A stretch of 64,000 nucleotides of DNA from a virus. This document shows, piece by piece, positions 26,587 to 37,222 of this stretch. Under the pieces are notes generated by a model. It was given only the letters and a program-made list of their open reading frames with translations, searched no databases and was not told the origin of the DNA. The translations under genes were made by a program, and so were the position numbers. Each line of letters opens with the position of its first letter. Within the stretch, counting starts at the first letter, position 1. Where the stretch lies: positions 28,304-92,303 of the IMG/VR virus record IMGVR_UViG_3300009149_006183. One strand, 5' to 3'.

Positions 26587-29500
26587 TATAATCCTATGCC
26601 TTTACTTATTCTTATCGGATCTATACTTCCTATCTTAACTGAATTATAGTTAAATGTCCATAAAATATCGTCTATAAATATCGCGAATTTAATAGCAGGG
26701 ACCTCTAGATCTACTTCCGTGAAAGTCGCTCCGTCGTTAGTTGTGTACGATTTTCCCTCAGAAGAAAAAGCAATAAAATCATCATTATGAGCAAGAACAA
26801 AGTTTATTTTCAGGGCAGAAGATAAACTTATATCATTTAAAATATCGACAAGAGATAATTGAGCATCCCCAGTAGTGAAAGTAGAATTACTATATCTCAA
26901 TCCGCTACTTGTCCCTATAGCAATTAGAGATAAGTATTTAGCGAAATTATTAACAAATACGTTGCCAAAATCTCCACCGGCAGACCAACTTAAAGTATTT
27001 ATACTAAAATATATTTTATTATCGTTTATAATGTAATAAATATAATCAATAATAAACATATCAGATATGGAGGTATAATCACTACTAATTAAACTCCAAT
27101 TTTCTAAATTATTATTTAATTTGTATAGCCCCGCCTCAGATGCTAATAAAATAATATCCCCATTCGCAAGTAAAGCTAAATTCTTATAACCCATATCCTT
27201 CATCGTCAATTGATTCCATGTTATCAAATCTTCTGACCAAAACACCTTATAGTCAGTTAAGATATATATCTTTCCATCATTAACTTGTATACTGATTATA
27301 TTTTCTATATTATTATAAGAAAATAAATCTATTTTATCTATTTCGAGGGTAGATGGGTCTAGAGTCCATAATCCCTGAGAATAAGACCCTAATAAAACTG
27401 TGCTATTAAAATAGCCAACACATGTTATATACTGTATCGTTTCTACTTCGTCGCTAGTTAATTCCTCGATATAATCTACTGTAGAATTAAAAGTATCATA
27501 TTCTGTTAGAAAAACTCTATCAGCCCCGACTAGACGGGATAGAGGGCGAGATCCATCGCTATTATTAATGTCGCCGATATTCTCTTGAACAAAAGAAATA
27601 GAACTAGCCAAATTGGACTGCTGTGTAAGAGCAAGCGATGCTGGAAGTCCAGAGTTTATATTCTCAAAAACAGAGTCTTCTAAATATCCGTGTCCATACT
27701 CGCCAAATGATATTAGGCTTGAGGAGATTGTGACGGTAGGGTTGTCATATTTACCTAACGAAGAATTAAAAACGAAAAGGCCATTACTGCCATCTATCAT
27801 TTCAAAATTTATATTTGTCGCCAAAACCTCTGGCAAGCTCGGGACCAAGGTGAATCCCCCATAAAACTCTGAAGACTGGTTTTCTAAAACGCGTAAGAAA
27901 CCGAAAATATAATAATTAGAACTATTTATTGTTATAGGACTATAAAACTTTACAGGAGCTATAAATTGTTTACATATTTGATCATAGTTATTCCAAATAT
28001 CTCGGACAACCTTGTCTTTTAAAGGCGTATCTTCTAAACTCAAACTAGCAATATTGCTATTAAAATCTTGTATATATTCGTTTGCTCTAGTTACATTCGC
28101 TATATACTCTGTCATTGTCGGAAAACTAACATCTCCCCAGGCCGATGTTACCTCTGATAGCATTATAGCGTCAATGACAGATGTTAATTCTCCATTAACT
28201 TTAATATTTATTGAGGCATCGTACTTTTCGTTTATCCATCCGCCATTCAGAGATTTAAATATTTTATATTGATTAGCAACACTGACAGTAGAAACATCGG
28301 AGACTCTATCGATAAAATAAACCGTATTATTGGGTAAGTCTAAAAAGACATTTATTGACATCTTTTGATTATTAACAAAAATAGTAGGAGCGAAAAACCC
28401 TTCCGATCCAGTTTCGTCATAGATGGCCCTATTAGAATTCTCGCTAGAGGCCATAAATAATTTACCATCAGTTCCAGAGAATATAGCATTGTTGATTATA
28501 TTTAAAGATGTAATATCATAATTTGATCCGTTTCCGTTAATCCCGACTAGTTTATTACTGAATGTTAAGATATCGTCAGTATATATATCTTCATCTGGTG
28601 TAGAGAAGAGTACACCAGCATTAGATAGTATAACAAGACGATCTACTCCATCATAGTTAAAAATTGCTATTTTATTGACGTAATCTGCATTTATATATGC
28701 AGATAGTTCGAACTCAACGCTAGATGTTTGAGTTCTATATATCCCACAATTGGAAACGGCAAAGATATAAGACGATTCTTCTATAAAATCATAAATTGGG
28801 CATTGAGCCAAAGTACTATCGATACTGGTCCAGCTTATGGCGTCTATAGAGGAGAATAATCCCAAATCTGTTGATAATATAAATTCGCTGGATGCAGAAT
28901 TAAAATATATTCCGTAGCAATTAGAAACGGCAGGAGAAACATAACTAATATTACTAGCAGATATAGTATCTATATCTAAACGATATATGCCACTATCGGT
29001 GGTCAAATATATGTTTATTCCATCATCACATGCCCCCCGAACGGCGTTGGTATTCTCAAGCCCAGAAATTTTAGCCCACGATTGCCCATCAGTGGAATAA
29101 TAAGCAGCATTATTACCTAGAGCTAAATAGCTAGACAGAGAGTTAGATTTGAATAATTTATGGACGACCCCATCTGGTGAATATATTAACGTCCAACTCG
29201 AACCGGTATCAGAACTTATAAATATACCTTTGCTGGTAGCTGCCAATAATTCGCTAGAATACGCCGTTGTATTAGTAATATCATAAAAAGTTAAACAGTT
29301 TCCAAAATTCTCGCCTGTCGTTTGAAAAGATGAGAAATTATATCCATCTTGCGTTATAAGAGGTATCTGCAATGGAATTAAAGACTCGTCTTTTCTATTG
29401 TCATGGGCTATGACTGGTAGCTGCTGTCTCAGGAGCTTGCCAGAATCGACCAGGGCAGCATATAATTCGTTTTGTAGCCGGTTCTCCTTAAAAACGCCAG

Positions 29501-32117
29501 ATGTCTCCTGTAGGCCGATACACTCTAGAGTTACATCTTGGCTATTAGTCTCAGACTCAAAAACTATTTTTTTATTAGTCGGGCTTACTTCATAGAAGAT
29601 GTTCGTGGCTACACTATCAACATAGGCCACAAACGATGTTCCTGAGAAGTCTTGAGTAGTCGTATAGGTTTTATTATCAGATGTTGTCCAATCAGATAAT
29701 ATAACATTTTCTATTAAATCTACTCTTTTATCAGAATAAGTATTTAATAGATGATGTTGTTTAGATAGAGCCTCCGACATAAAAGATTGTACTACGTCTG
29801 CTACATCTTTTATGTTTGTTGACAAATCCGTTATATCTAAAACCCCATCCTCGCAGGAAATTTTAGCTAATAAAATAGAATTATCCGGAGTCTCTGTAGA
29901 AGTACTTATTGTTATCTCTGCTTCATTTTTATATTTTCTAACCATATAAAAATATGTATATCCGTCAACGAGTAGGGAATCGGTATCTAAATACTCGAAT
30001 ACACCATAGCCAACACTTCCTATTTTTTCCCATGAATATTTATTATTGATAGATCTGTATATTTCCCACCCATCAAATGTATCAAGAGCGGCATCCCACG
30101 ATATTAATGTATTAAAATCTCCTATCTGATCTACTGTTAAAGCTGAAACCTCATCAAACCCATTGTCGTGTGGGGTTGCCATAATAAGTTCATAAGTTAT
30201 AAACCCATCATCGACGGGATTTAGAGACTCATTCTCATATATATCAACTGTAGTTATAAAATATATATATTTTATATCATTTATTACTGTATGATCAACA
30301 TACGAACTATTAGATTTGTCAATAGTATCTATTAAAGAAAAATCGCTAGAGCTATATGCGGAAGAGTTTTTATATATTGCTCTCCAAACTTTAAAATATT
30401 TAGAAGTATTTGGGATAGCGTCTTGCCATCCCAGAAAGACCTCTCTATCGCCATTCAGAGCAAACTGTAATTTTGGAATATCTGGTTTAATGGTAGGCTC
30501 CACACCAGTCGAGTATGTCTCATTTATTTCTTGGCTATATTGATTAGATACAGAGTCATAACATTTTATATATAACTTATATTCAGAATAGAAATCCAAA
30601 GGATTATCTATGATATAGGGCGTATCTGTTCCTATATTTTCATCTGTTGTTATATTCGCAACAATTAAAGTACTTAAATCTGTTTTTGTTACTGTAATTA
30701 TATTATACGAAAAGGCATTTATACTATTTTTCCAGGTAAATAACAAATCTTTATCATTTTTAAGTGTAATATTTATATTAGATGGTGATGCAGGAGAAAT
30801 ATAACGACTTGTTGTTATATCTTTTATTATGCCTGCATTTATATTTCCAAACTCATCAACAGCCTTAACCTGTATTATATAATATTTATCCGGCAAAATT
30901 TTTCTATACGCCCCATTAGATATGTAATTTTCTATATCTACAGAAAAAGAGCTAGAGGTCATATTATTAAAAACTTCTATCGGATCTGAGACGAAATTAG
31001 AGTTTTCTACGACATACACCATAAATTTAGTCGCCACAGGGAAATACGCAGAAATATTCCAAGACCACGACACTCTAAGATTAATGCCAGTAGGATTGTC
31101 AGAGCTTTGAGAATCTATAATTCCCAGATTATAAATCTCATTTGGCCCAGGATTAAGGATAAGGGAGGTAGTGATATACGATCCAGACGAAGCCACACCA
31201 TTATCGCTTATAGTGTATAGGTATACTTTATATATCCTGCCGACAATCAGTTCGCTTATTATTATATTATTATCCGCTGTTGTAAGACTATCAACAAAAT
31301 TTTCTGAAGACTGTTCCTCATCAAGATAATATATATTTATAAGATAATGGCTAATATTATTATTTTTAGGAGCAGTCCATGCTAGTTGGATAAAACTATC
31401 TCCTACAAATTTTATGATATTCTCTGGGTTTTCAGGAGCAGTCAAGTTTAATAATGTCGTGGAGGTTATAACCGCCGATGGAACGCTATTATTCCCACTA
31501 AGATCGTAAGCGATTACCCTATAATAATATATAGTGTTTTCTTCCAAATCTTCGTCTGTATGGCTGTGGCCTGTTGTCGTGTCTAAATCGCTATATATAA
31601 TTCCATCCGAGCTTCTTTGTATAATATATCCATCCATATCTTCTTCAGTATTAGTATTCCAAGACAAACTTATAGAATTATAGGTAGTGTCTGTTACTGC
31701 TAATCCAGTTGTAGCATCAGGAGCAATGGTGTCGCTTGCTGTTATACTTCCCAGAGAAAAACCGCTAAAAGGATAAGTGAAATCATCTTTTCTTGTCATA
31801 TAAATATACGAAGGAAACTCTGATATTGTTGAAAGATCTATTGTCCCAAAAGTTCTAGTGTATTTTCTGTTTATAAGGCCAGATCCCTCAATGGCTCGAA
31901 TGCCGGTTCCACTGCATGAGGCAACCGGATAGATAGATGGAGATCCAGATCCTTGATCGATAATAGTCCACCCATCGATAACCCCATCACCAATTAGATC
32001 GGATATAAATGCTAATTGGGTATCTATTATTCTAAAACGTCGCTGGTCGGCAAACGCAGAATAAGGCTCTCCATAAATGAATGCGGTTAAACCATAGTTT
32101 TTAGTTATTACTGACAT
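26586..32117 (-). CDS. Large tail fibre/spike-like protein (FN3 array plus beta-propellers)
   Basis: ISLSW...Y.I.RS...YYYRVIAYD.SGN.S FN3 repeats; S.D.G.SW BNR/propeller repeats. Confidence 0.75.
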   Translation of the reverse strand: MSVITKNYGLTAFIYGEPYSAFADQRRFRIIDTQLAFISDLIGDGVIDGWTIIDQGSGSPSIYPVASCSGTGIRAIEGSGLINRKYTRTFGTIDLSTISEFPSYIYMTRKDDFTYPFSGFSLGSITASDTIAPDATTGLAVTDTTYNSISLSWNTNTEEDMDGYIIQRSSDGIIYSDLDTTTGHSHTDEDLEENTIYYYRVIAYDLSGNNSVPSAVITSTTLLNLTAPENPENIIKFVGDSFIQLAWTAPKNNNISHYLINIYYLDEEQSSENFVDSLTTADNNIIISELIVGRIYKVYLYTISDNGVASSGSYITTSLILNPGPNEIYNLGIIDSQSSDNPTGINLRVSWSWNISAYFPVATKFMVYVVENSNFVSDPIEVFNNMTSSSFSVDIENYISNGAYRKILPDKYYIIQVKAVDEFGNINAGIIKDITTSRYISPASPSNINITLKNDKDLLFTWKNSINAFSYNIITVTKTDLSTLIVANITTDENIGTDTPYIIDNPLDFYSEYKLYIKCYDSVSNQYSQEINETYSTGVEPTIKPDIPKLQFALNGDREVFLGWQDAIPNTSKYFKVWRAIYKNSSAYSSSDFSLIDTIDKSNSSYVDHTVINDIKYIYFITTVDIYENESLNPVDDGFITYELIMATPHDNGFDEVSALTVDQIGDFNTLISWDAALDTFDGWEIYRSINNKYSWEKIGSVGYGVFEYLDTDSLLVDGYTYFYMVRKYKNEAEITISTSTETPDNSILLAKISCEDGVLDITDLSTNIKDVADVVQSFMSEALSKQHHLLNTYSDKRVDLIENVILSDWTTSDNKTYTTTQDFSGTSFVAYVDSVATNIFYEVSPTNKKIVFESETNSQDVTLECIGLQETSGVFKENRLQNELYAALVDSGKLLRQQLPVIAHDNRKDESLIPLQIPLITQDGYNFSSFQTTGENFGNCLTFYDITNTTAYSSELLAATSKGIFISSDTGSSWTLIYSPDGVVHKLFKSNSLSSYLALGNNAAYYSTDGQSWAKISGLENTNAVRGACDDGINIYLTTDSGIYRLDIDTISASNISYVSPAVSNCYGIYFNSASSEFILSTDLGLFSSIDAISWTSIDSTLAQCPIYDFIEESSYIFAVSNCGIYRTQTSSVEFELSAYINADYVNKIAIFNYDGVDRLVILSNAGVLFSTPDEDIYTDDILTFSNKLVGINGNGSNYDITSLNIINNAIFSGTDGKLFMASSENSNRAIYDETGSEGFFAPTIFVNNQKMSINVFLDLPNNTVYFIDRVSDVSTVSVANQYKIFKSLNGGWINEKYDASINIKVNGELTSVIDAIMLSEVTSAWGDVSFPTMTEYIANVTRANEYIQDFNSNIASLSLEDTPLKDKVVRDIWNNYDQICKQFIAPVKFYSPITINSSNYYIFGFLRVLENQSSEFYGGFTLVPSLPEVLATNINFEMIDGSNGLFVFNSSLGKYDNPTVTISSSLISFGEYGHGYLEDSVFENINSGLPASLALTQQSNLASSISFVQENIGDINNSDGSRPLSRLVGADRVFLTEYDTFNSTVDYIEELTSDEVETIQYITCVGYFNSTVLLGSYSQGLWTLDPSTLEIDKIDLFSYNNIENIISIQVNDGKIYILTDYKVFWSEDLITWNQLTMKDMGYKNLALLANGDIILLASEAGLYKLNNNLENWSLISSDYTSISDMFIIDYIYYIINDNKIYFSINTLSWSAGGDFGNVFVNNFAKYLSLIAIGTSSGLRYSNSTFTTGDAQLSLVDILNDISLSSALKINFVLAHNDDFIAFSSEGKSYTTNDGATFTEVDLEVPAIKFAIFIDDILWTFNYNSVKIGSIDPIRISKGIGL

Positions 32118-32128
32118 ATTTTATATCT

Positions 32129-33751
32129 TTATAAGTTGATGCGGACTTTACTGTTATTTACAAGACTAAATATTAGACCGAAATTTGATACTTGCGGCAA
32201 ACTACTGTAAGGGTCAGGGTTGCTTGTTCCCTGGGACGTAAAAAATGTATATCCAGAAGCTTCTGAACCCCAAGAACTGCCATCCCAGGCGTCTAAAATA
32301 AGATAATATACTTGATCAGGAACAAATAGGCTTAGGTCTGGGTAGTAAGATACTGTCTCAGATTCGTCAGCGGTAAATAAATACCCCTCTGGCGGAATAG
32401 AGATATCTGTGCCTAAAATCCATCCCTCTTGATTAGTTCGGCTATCTGCCTCATAAAACTTATTTACGAAACCCGCGTCAGTATACCACCTAGCCCTGAA
32501 ATGAAAATTAAGAGAACTCAAAGAATCATTAACAAAGATAAATTCTATAACATCTTCAAAATTAGTATCACTAGCTCCGATAGGCGAACTATATATAAAT
32601 TTGATTCCAACGCGCAAATCTGTTCCAATATAATCTATATCAGAAAGAGTTTCCTCATCTATCACTTGATAATCACTAAAATCTACAGAGCCTGTTGTGT
32701 TTATCCCGAATGTCACGCTTGAACCTTCAGGGACGAATTTATTACTAGTTAATATAGTGTTTTTTATTTCCGAAGTAAGTTCTATATTCTGTGTAAAGAA
32801 ATAGGTTGTTCCTCCACCAGAAGGTAGCCCAACAATCCTGTTGTCGGTGGTGTCGATAAAAGCTGTGCTATTTACGCTATCACTTAGACTATCAGGAGAA
32901 ATGCCTGGCATTATTATAAACTCATTACTAAAAAACTGGTCTATATTATTATAGGTATTTTTGAGGAAAATAGTGCTTTGTAATAGATTTACAGATGTAA
33001 CCTCTCCCATTAAATTCTTATAAACTATATTATTAGAGTCGTTAAAGTCTATGATAGCATCCGCCAAAGAATCTAATTCAGAGTGAGTCATTACTCCTTT
33101 TTCTGATAGGCTACTATGGGCAATAACAGGAGACCTATCTTGATCAAATCGACCAGTAGTTATCTTTAGGGCATCGAATCCCTCTATTCTGGCACTTGAT
33201 AATTCATTTTTTGTCTCCGACAGAAGATCTACTTTTGGAGGTGTTCCCCTATGTTTGTGAGAATCTATTAAATCTGTAGCTATTTGCTCAAAACTTATAT
33301 ATTCTCTAACAGTATTGTCGATAGATACTATACCATTAGTAGATGTTGTTATCTGTGCTATTAGAATAGAAGACGGAGGGCGTGAGGTGTCTAGGACAAA
33401 AACAACAGATCTTGTTACAGCAGTTGCTCCCGTAAGAGTAGCATAAACATTAAAAGTTTGCGAAGCGGTGATATTTTCGATTAAATATGTTATAGTTGTT
33501 TGAGCAGATATGTAATTTATTATCCCCTGCCCAATAGTAATTCCTATAGATATTCCGCCAGCCTCTGTAAAACCATTATCAAAAACCTCCCAGCCCGCGA
33601 CCATTCCGTTTTCAAAGACAGAATATAATCCATATAATTGATTGTCTATCGTTAGAAAACGGTCTATTTCTTTACTAACATTAATAGCATAGTCTAACCT
33701 ATCATGAAAATCAAAGTATGCTAAATTATACCAGGGCGTTTGTCCTGCCAT
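32129..33751 (-). CDS. Tail fibre/baseplate-associated protein, N-terminus paralogous to 26586-32117
   Basis: RFLTIDNQL...NGMVAGWEV aligns by eye with RFRIIDTQL...DGVIDGWTI. Confidence 0.65.
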   Translation of the reverse strand: MAGQTPWYNLAYFDFHDRLDYAINVSKEIDRFLTIDNQLYGLYSVFENGMVAGWEVFDNGFTEAGGISIGITIGQGIINYISAQTTITYLIENITASQTFNVYATLTGATAVTRSVVFVLDTSRPPSSILIAQITTSTNGIVSIDNTVREYISFEQIATDLIDSHKHRGTPPKVDLLSETKNELSSARIEGFDALKITTGRFDQDRSPVIAHSSLSEKGVMTHSELDSLADAIIDFNDSNNIVYKNLMGEVTSVNLLQSTIFLKNTYNNIDQFFSNEFIIMPGISPDSLSDSVNSTAFIDTTDNRIVGLPSGGGTTYFFTQNIELTSEIKNTILTSNKFVPEGSSVTFGINTTGSVDFSDYQVIDEETLSDIDYIGTDLRVGIKFIYSSPIGASDTNFEDVIEFIFVNDSLSSLNFHFRARWYTDAGFVNKFYEADSRTNQEGWILGTDISIPPEGYLFTADESETVSYYPDLSLFVPDQVYYLILDAWDGSSWGSEASGYTFFTSQGTSNPDPYSSLPQVSNFGLIFSLVNNSKVRINL

Positions 33752-33767
33752 TGTAAGTCCTCTCTAT

Positions 33768-33983
33768 TTACCCACTAACTATTGGAGAATTATAACTGCC
33801 AATAGTATAATCGGAATCTTCACGATTAGAATACCTTAAAAATTGCTGTGCTCCTAATGCCCTATAACCATTAATCGTTGTATTTTGGACATTGGCTATT
33901 TCATTATTTTTAGCCATATTGGCTGAGATCCTTCTTTCGACATAATCTCTCAATCTCTCTACAAAAACATCAAAATCTTCCAT
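33768..33983 (-). CDS. Small hypothetical tail-region protein
   Basis: 71 aa with SD AAGGA. Confidence 0.6.
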   Translation of the reverse strand: MEDFDVFVERLRDYVERRISANMAKNNEIANVQNTTINGYRALGAQQFLRYSNREDSDYTIGSYNSPIVSG

Positions 33984-34060
33984 AGTTATTTTCCTTAATT
34001 ATTAATATTGGTCTATTCTTCGCCAAAATCCTCTTCCGATCCATACCATTCGCCCTCAAC

Positions 34061-37000
34061 CTATTGCCACCATAAATTCTTTTTCGGATCGAAGTTGTTT
34101 GAAACACTAGTTACGATGAGTTTCTGACCATTAACAGATACTACATCAAAACATCTCATTGGCAACCCATAACTTGAAAACTTATATACTGTTGGGGCGT
34201 TAAAAAATTTACTTTTATAGTGTGTCGCTAGCTTCTCTAGAGTATTTAATGATCCAAATATACCATCTTGTTGCATAAACATTTTTTTATAGCCCAAGAA
34301 ACCAGGTGAATTTTTGTCATATAGTGACGGCCAATTAACATCGTCTAAGATGAATAGCTCCCTATCTGGTGTCGCTGTCATTAAGTGTATAATATTAAAG
34401 ATATCAACAACAGATCTTTCTCTCGTTATTGCATCGAATACCATCTGTCCCTCACCGGTATTGAGCGTTGTATACTCCCATAGTGGCTCGACTTCTGACT
34501 CGTCTGCCGAGCCATATAAGAATTTATCATATGGCAAGTTTTCGAAATGGAACATTCCATATGAATCAAAAAACATTGTTTTTCCGGCTTTTTTACATAT
34601 AGATTCAAGAGCCGACCAATAAGTAGTCCCATCTTGAAATTTAAAAAATGGATTCGTCAATCTGGCATATGAACTAGGAAGGACATATGCACTTGAAAAG
34701 CTTCCTCGACCATCGAGAGTTGTAGACTGAAAAAGTGGTCCATCATTAGCCGATTGTAAAGCACTAAGATATGCAGGGCCGTAGTCATTATCCTTTACTT
34801 TATCTTTAAAACCGAGCATCTTCAGTAATGTATAAGCCGCATTAATATCTCTCATACCATCAAAAAATGGAGAGTTGAAGATATACGATTCTTTTAATAT
34901 CTGGCTATAATCAACTACTTGGCATGTTAGCGTTCTTTCTCCCGCTTTTTCTTCTAAAACTCCCCCATAGCATATTCCAGTAAATAATTTATAGCCCTTA
35001 TTTATCTCTAATTGAGAGTAGTTGCATGTCACATAACCGCCCCAAATTTCGACATAAAAAGCTCTATTTCTTAAACTTTCTAATTGATCTACTATAGTGT
35101 TCTGAGTAGCCATACTTTTATTCATCAAAAATGTTAAAGTCGCAGCATGCGTCATAGAATGAAAATCTGATGAGCTGTAATTTTCGGTATATTTTAGTAC
35201 TAAATCAGTAACGTCTATTGGATCGCTAATTCCCCAGGCTTCTGCCTCAGGGTCAGGTTCTGCGACTAATCTTATTTGCGAGATAACTGGCGTCTTGCAA
35301 TTAGCCAATATCACTTGGCTCTGAGTTCCTTGATTCGCCGTATTATATGCATCGCTTAAAACGTCCTGTACAGCGTCTGGATTTGTAAATATATTATCAA
35401 AACCATTATCCTGCCCTATATAGTGAGACCCAGCCTGCAAAGACGCTCTCAAATCGAAGCTAAACATCTCGTTATTTTGGCGGTTTATTACAGAAAAAGC
35501 GTCAAGATCTATAACACAGTTTTGAGCAACCTTGTCAAGTCCAGGCTCGAAATTTATATATCCACTAGCAGTTTCTTTTAAATACTGTTTAGTAGTCGAG
35601 AAAAATGTTGTAGATAACTTTGTTTTTTCAGCAACGACTGTAGTGTCTGAGACTGTAAAAATAACCCCATTTCCGAAGTGAGTGTCTGAAGAATAAACAG
35701 CTTCCCGTTCCTCATTATCTATTATGCTGCCCTCAGAATCGGCAAGAGTACAATACGCCGTTTTGGTCCCCTTAAGAGGCAAAAAGAATTTATCGTTCTT
35801 AGATAAGTTGAGTTGAGCTTTTCCCATATAGGTTAACGGACTAAAACAAAAAGAAGACGAGATATTTCCCCCCCAGATAGACAATTTATGTCTTTTTGGC
35901 TCATTATAATCTATAATCCAAGGATCATCTGTGTTCCCATTGAAAGCTATGACCATCTTACCTAAATGATGACGGACTTGAATTGTCCACTTAGGCATAT
36001 TTATTAAATCTGCTCCTTTTATTCCCTTATATGACCCCAGGTTTTCAGATGACTGCTCAACTCCACCGGTAGCCGCTAAAGAACCAATACTATTAAGCTT
36101 TACAGCGGTTGGATATGCCTTTTGAGTTATGACAATAAAAAGCCCATCACCAGGCCCATTTCTTTGTAATTCTATAATATAATATGCTTGTGTATTAAAA
36201 TTAAAGAATTCCATAGTGTCTTCATCTTTTGTATAAATAACTTGCCCATCAATAACTTGTTCTGTGTATCCCACGATGGCGGCATTCGAAGGTTGACCAG
36301 TATAACTAGGATTTTGTTGTGGCCCTAAAGTCGCCCAATCTCCACCGGATTGTAATAAAGCTACATTGGCGTCTCTAAAAGCACTTGGATCTAAGACGTT
36401 TCCGCCCGTGGGACCAGGGCTGCTATCATATGAATAAACGGCATCCAATCCTACATAGTCAGTATCTATAAAAGGAATAGAATTGACATTGACCATATCC
36501 GTGGCAACTGCTATTTTTCTAAAAGAGATAAAAAAATCTTCGCCCTGATATAATAGAGCCTTTTTTTTGGCCCTCCAGTGTATTCCTTTAGATTCATCTA
36601 CATTGGCAGAAGCCTGAGACAAATAATTTACGTTAGAATCGCTAAGCTCGTCTGTATTCGCTAATCTAGATTTGTTTTGAGATATATTATTAACAGGATC
36701 GTTATGTCTAATATACGTCCAGCACGCTCTTTTATGAACATCTTCTGGGAATGTTTGTAATTTTGCATCTATCGGCCCTTGATTACTGGTATCAAATACA
36801 CTTTTTACAGCTTCAAAAGTTTGATCATATTTATAAGTTGGCTGTTGTTGTGTGGATGTTGGTTGCGGATAAGTAAGCTCTGTTCCTGCAACCTCCATAA
36901 AGTTAGATAAATAGCTATATCTCTCTTTTAAATATATCCCTGGTAGTCCTGGGACGGCGTTAAAATTGCGCCTATCATTTTCAGATAGACTTTTAAGCGT

Positions 37001-37222
37001 CTCATGATTTAGCACAATAGAATTATCGACTGTGAATTTGCGGTACATGGGGCAAAATCCATTAATAAGGCATTTTATAGCTACAGTTCCAGAATAGGCG
37101 TTAATCGCCCCGCCGGGAAAATTATTTTTATCAGAAGGTATGCTGGTAACATCATTTTGTACTTCTATCTGATTACTTTGTTGTGTAGGAATACTTGGTC
37201 CTGGAATAGTTCCCTCGGCCAT
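34061..37222 (-). CDS. Baseplate hub / tail-tip-like protein
   Basis: C-terminal hub-like pattern (LFTG...LTCQVVD...ALESICK...FFDSYG.FHF...FDVVSV...IVTSVS); two genes downstream of the tape measure. Confidence 0.55.
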   Translation of the reverse strand: MAEGTIPGPSIPTQQSNQIEVQNDVTSIPSDKNNFPGGAINAYSGTVAIKCLINGFCPMYRKFTVDNSIVLNHETLKSLSENDRRNFNAVPGLPGIYLKERYSYLSNFMEVAGTELTYPQPTSTQQQPTYKYDQTFEAVKSVFDTSNQGPIDAKLQTFPEDVHKRACWTYIRHNDPVNNISQNKSRLANTDELSDSNVNYLSQASANVDESKGIHWRAKKKALLYQGEDFFISFRKIAVATDMVNVNSIPFIDTDYVGLDAVYSYDSSPGPTGGNVLDPSAFRDANVALLQSGGDWATLGPQQNPSYTGQPSNAAIVGYTEQVIDGQVIYTKDEDTMEFFNFNTQAYYIIELQRNGPGDGLFIVITQKAYPTAVKLNSIGSLAATGGVEQSSENLGSYKGIKGADLINMPKWTIQVRHHLGKMVIAFNGNTDDPWIIDYNEPKRHKLSIWGGNISSSFCFSPLTYMGKAQLNLSKNDKFFLPLKGTKTAYCTLADSEGSIIDNEEREAVYSSDTHFGNGVIFTVSDTTVVAEKTKLSTTFFSTTKQYLKETASGYINFEPGLDKVAQNCVIDLDAFSVINRQNNEMFSFDLRASLQAGSHYIGQDNGFDNIFTNPDAVQDVLSDAYNTANQGTQSQVILANCKTPVISQIRLVAEPDPEAEAWGISDPIDVTDLVLKYTENYSSSDFHSMTHAATLTFLMNKSMATQNTIVDQLESLRNRAFYVEIWGGYVTCNYSQLEINKGYKLFTGICYGGVLEEKAGERTLTCQVVDYSQILKESYIFNSPFFDGMRDINAAYTLLKMLGFKDKVKDNDYGPAYLSALQSANDGPLFQSTTLDGRGSFSSAYVLPSSYARLTNPFFKFQDGTTYWSALESICKKAGKTMFFDSYGMFHFENLPYDKFLYGSADESEVEPLWEYTTLNTGEGQMVFDAITRERSVVDIFNIIHLMTATPDRELFILDDVNWPSLYDKNSPGFLGYKKMFMQQDGIFGSLNTLEKLATHYKSKFFNAPTVYKFSSYGLPMRCFDVVSVNGQKLIVTSVSNNFDPKKNLWWQ

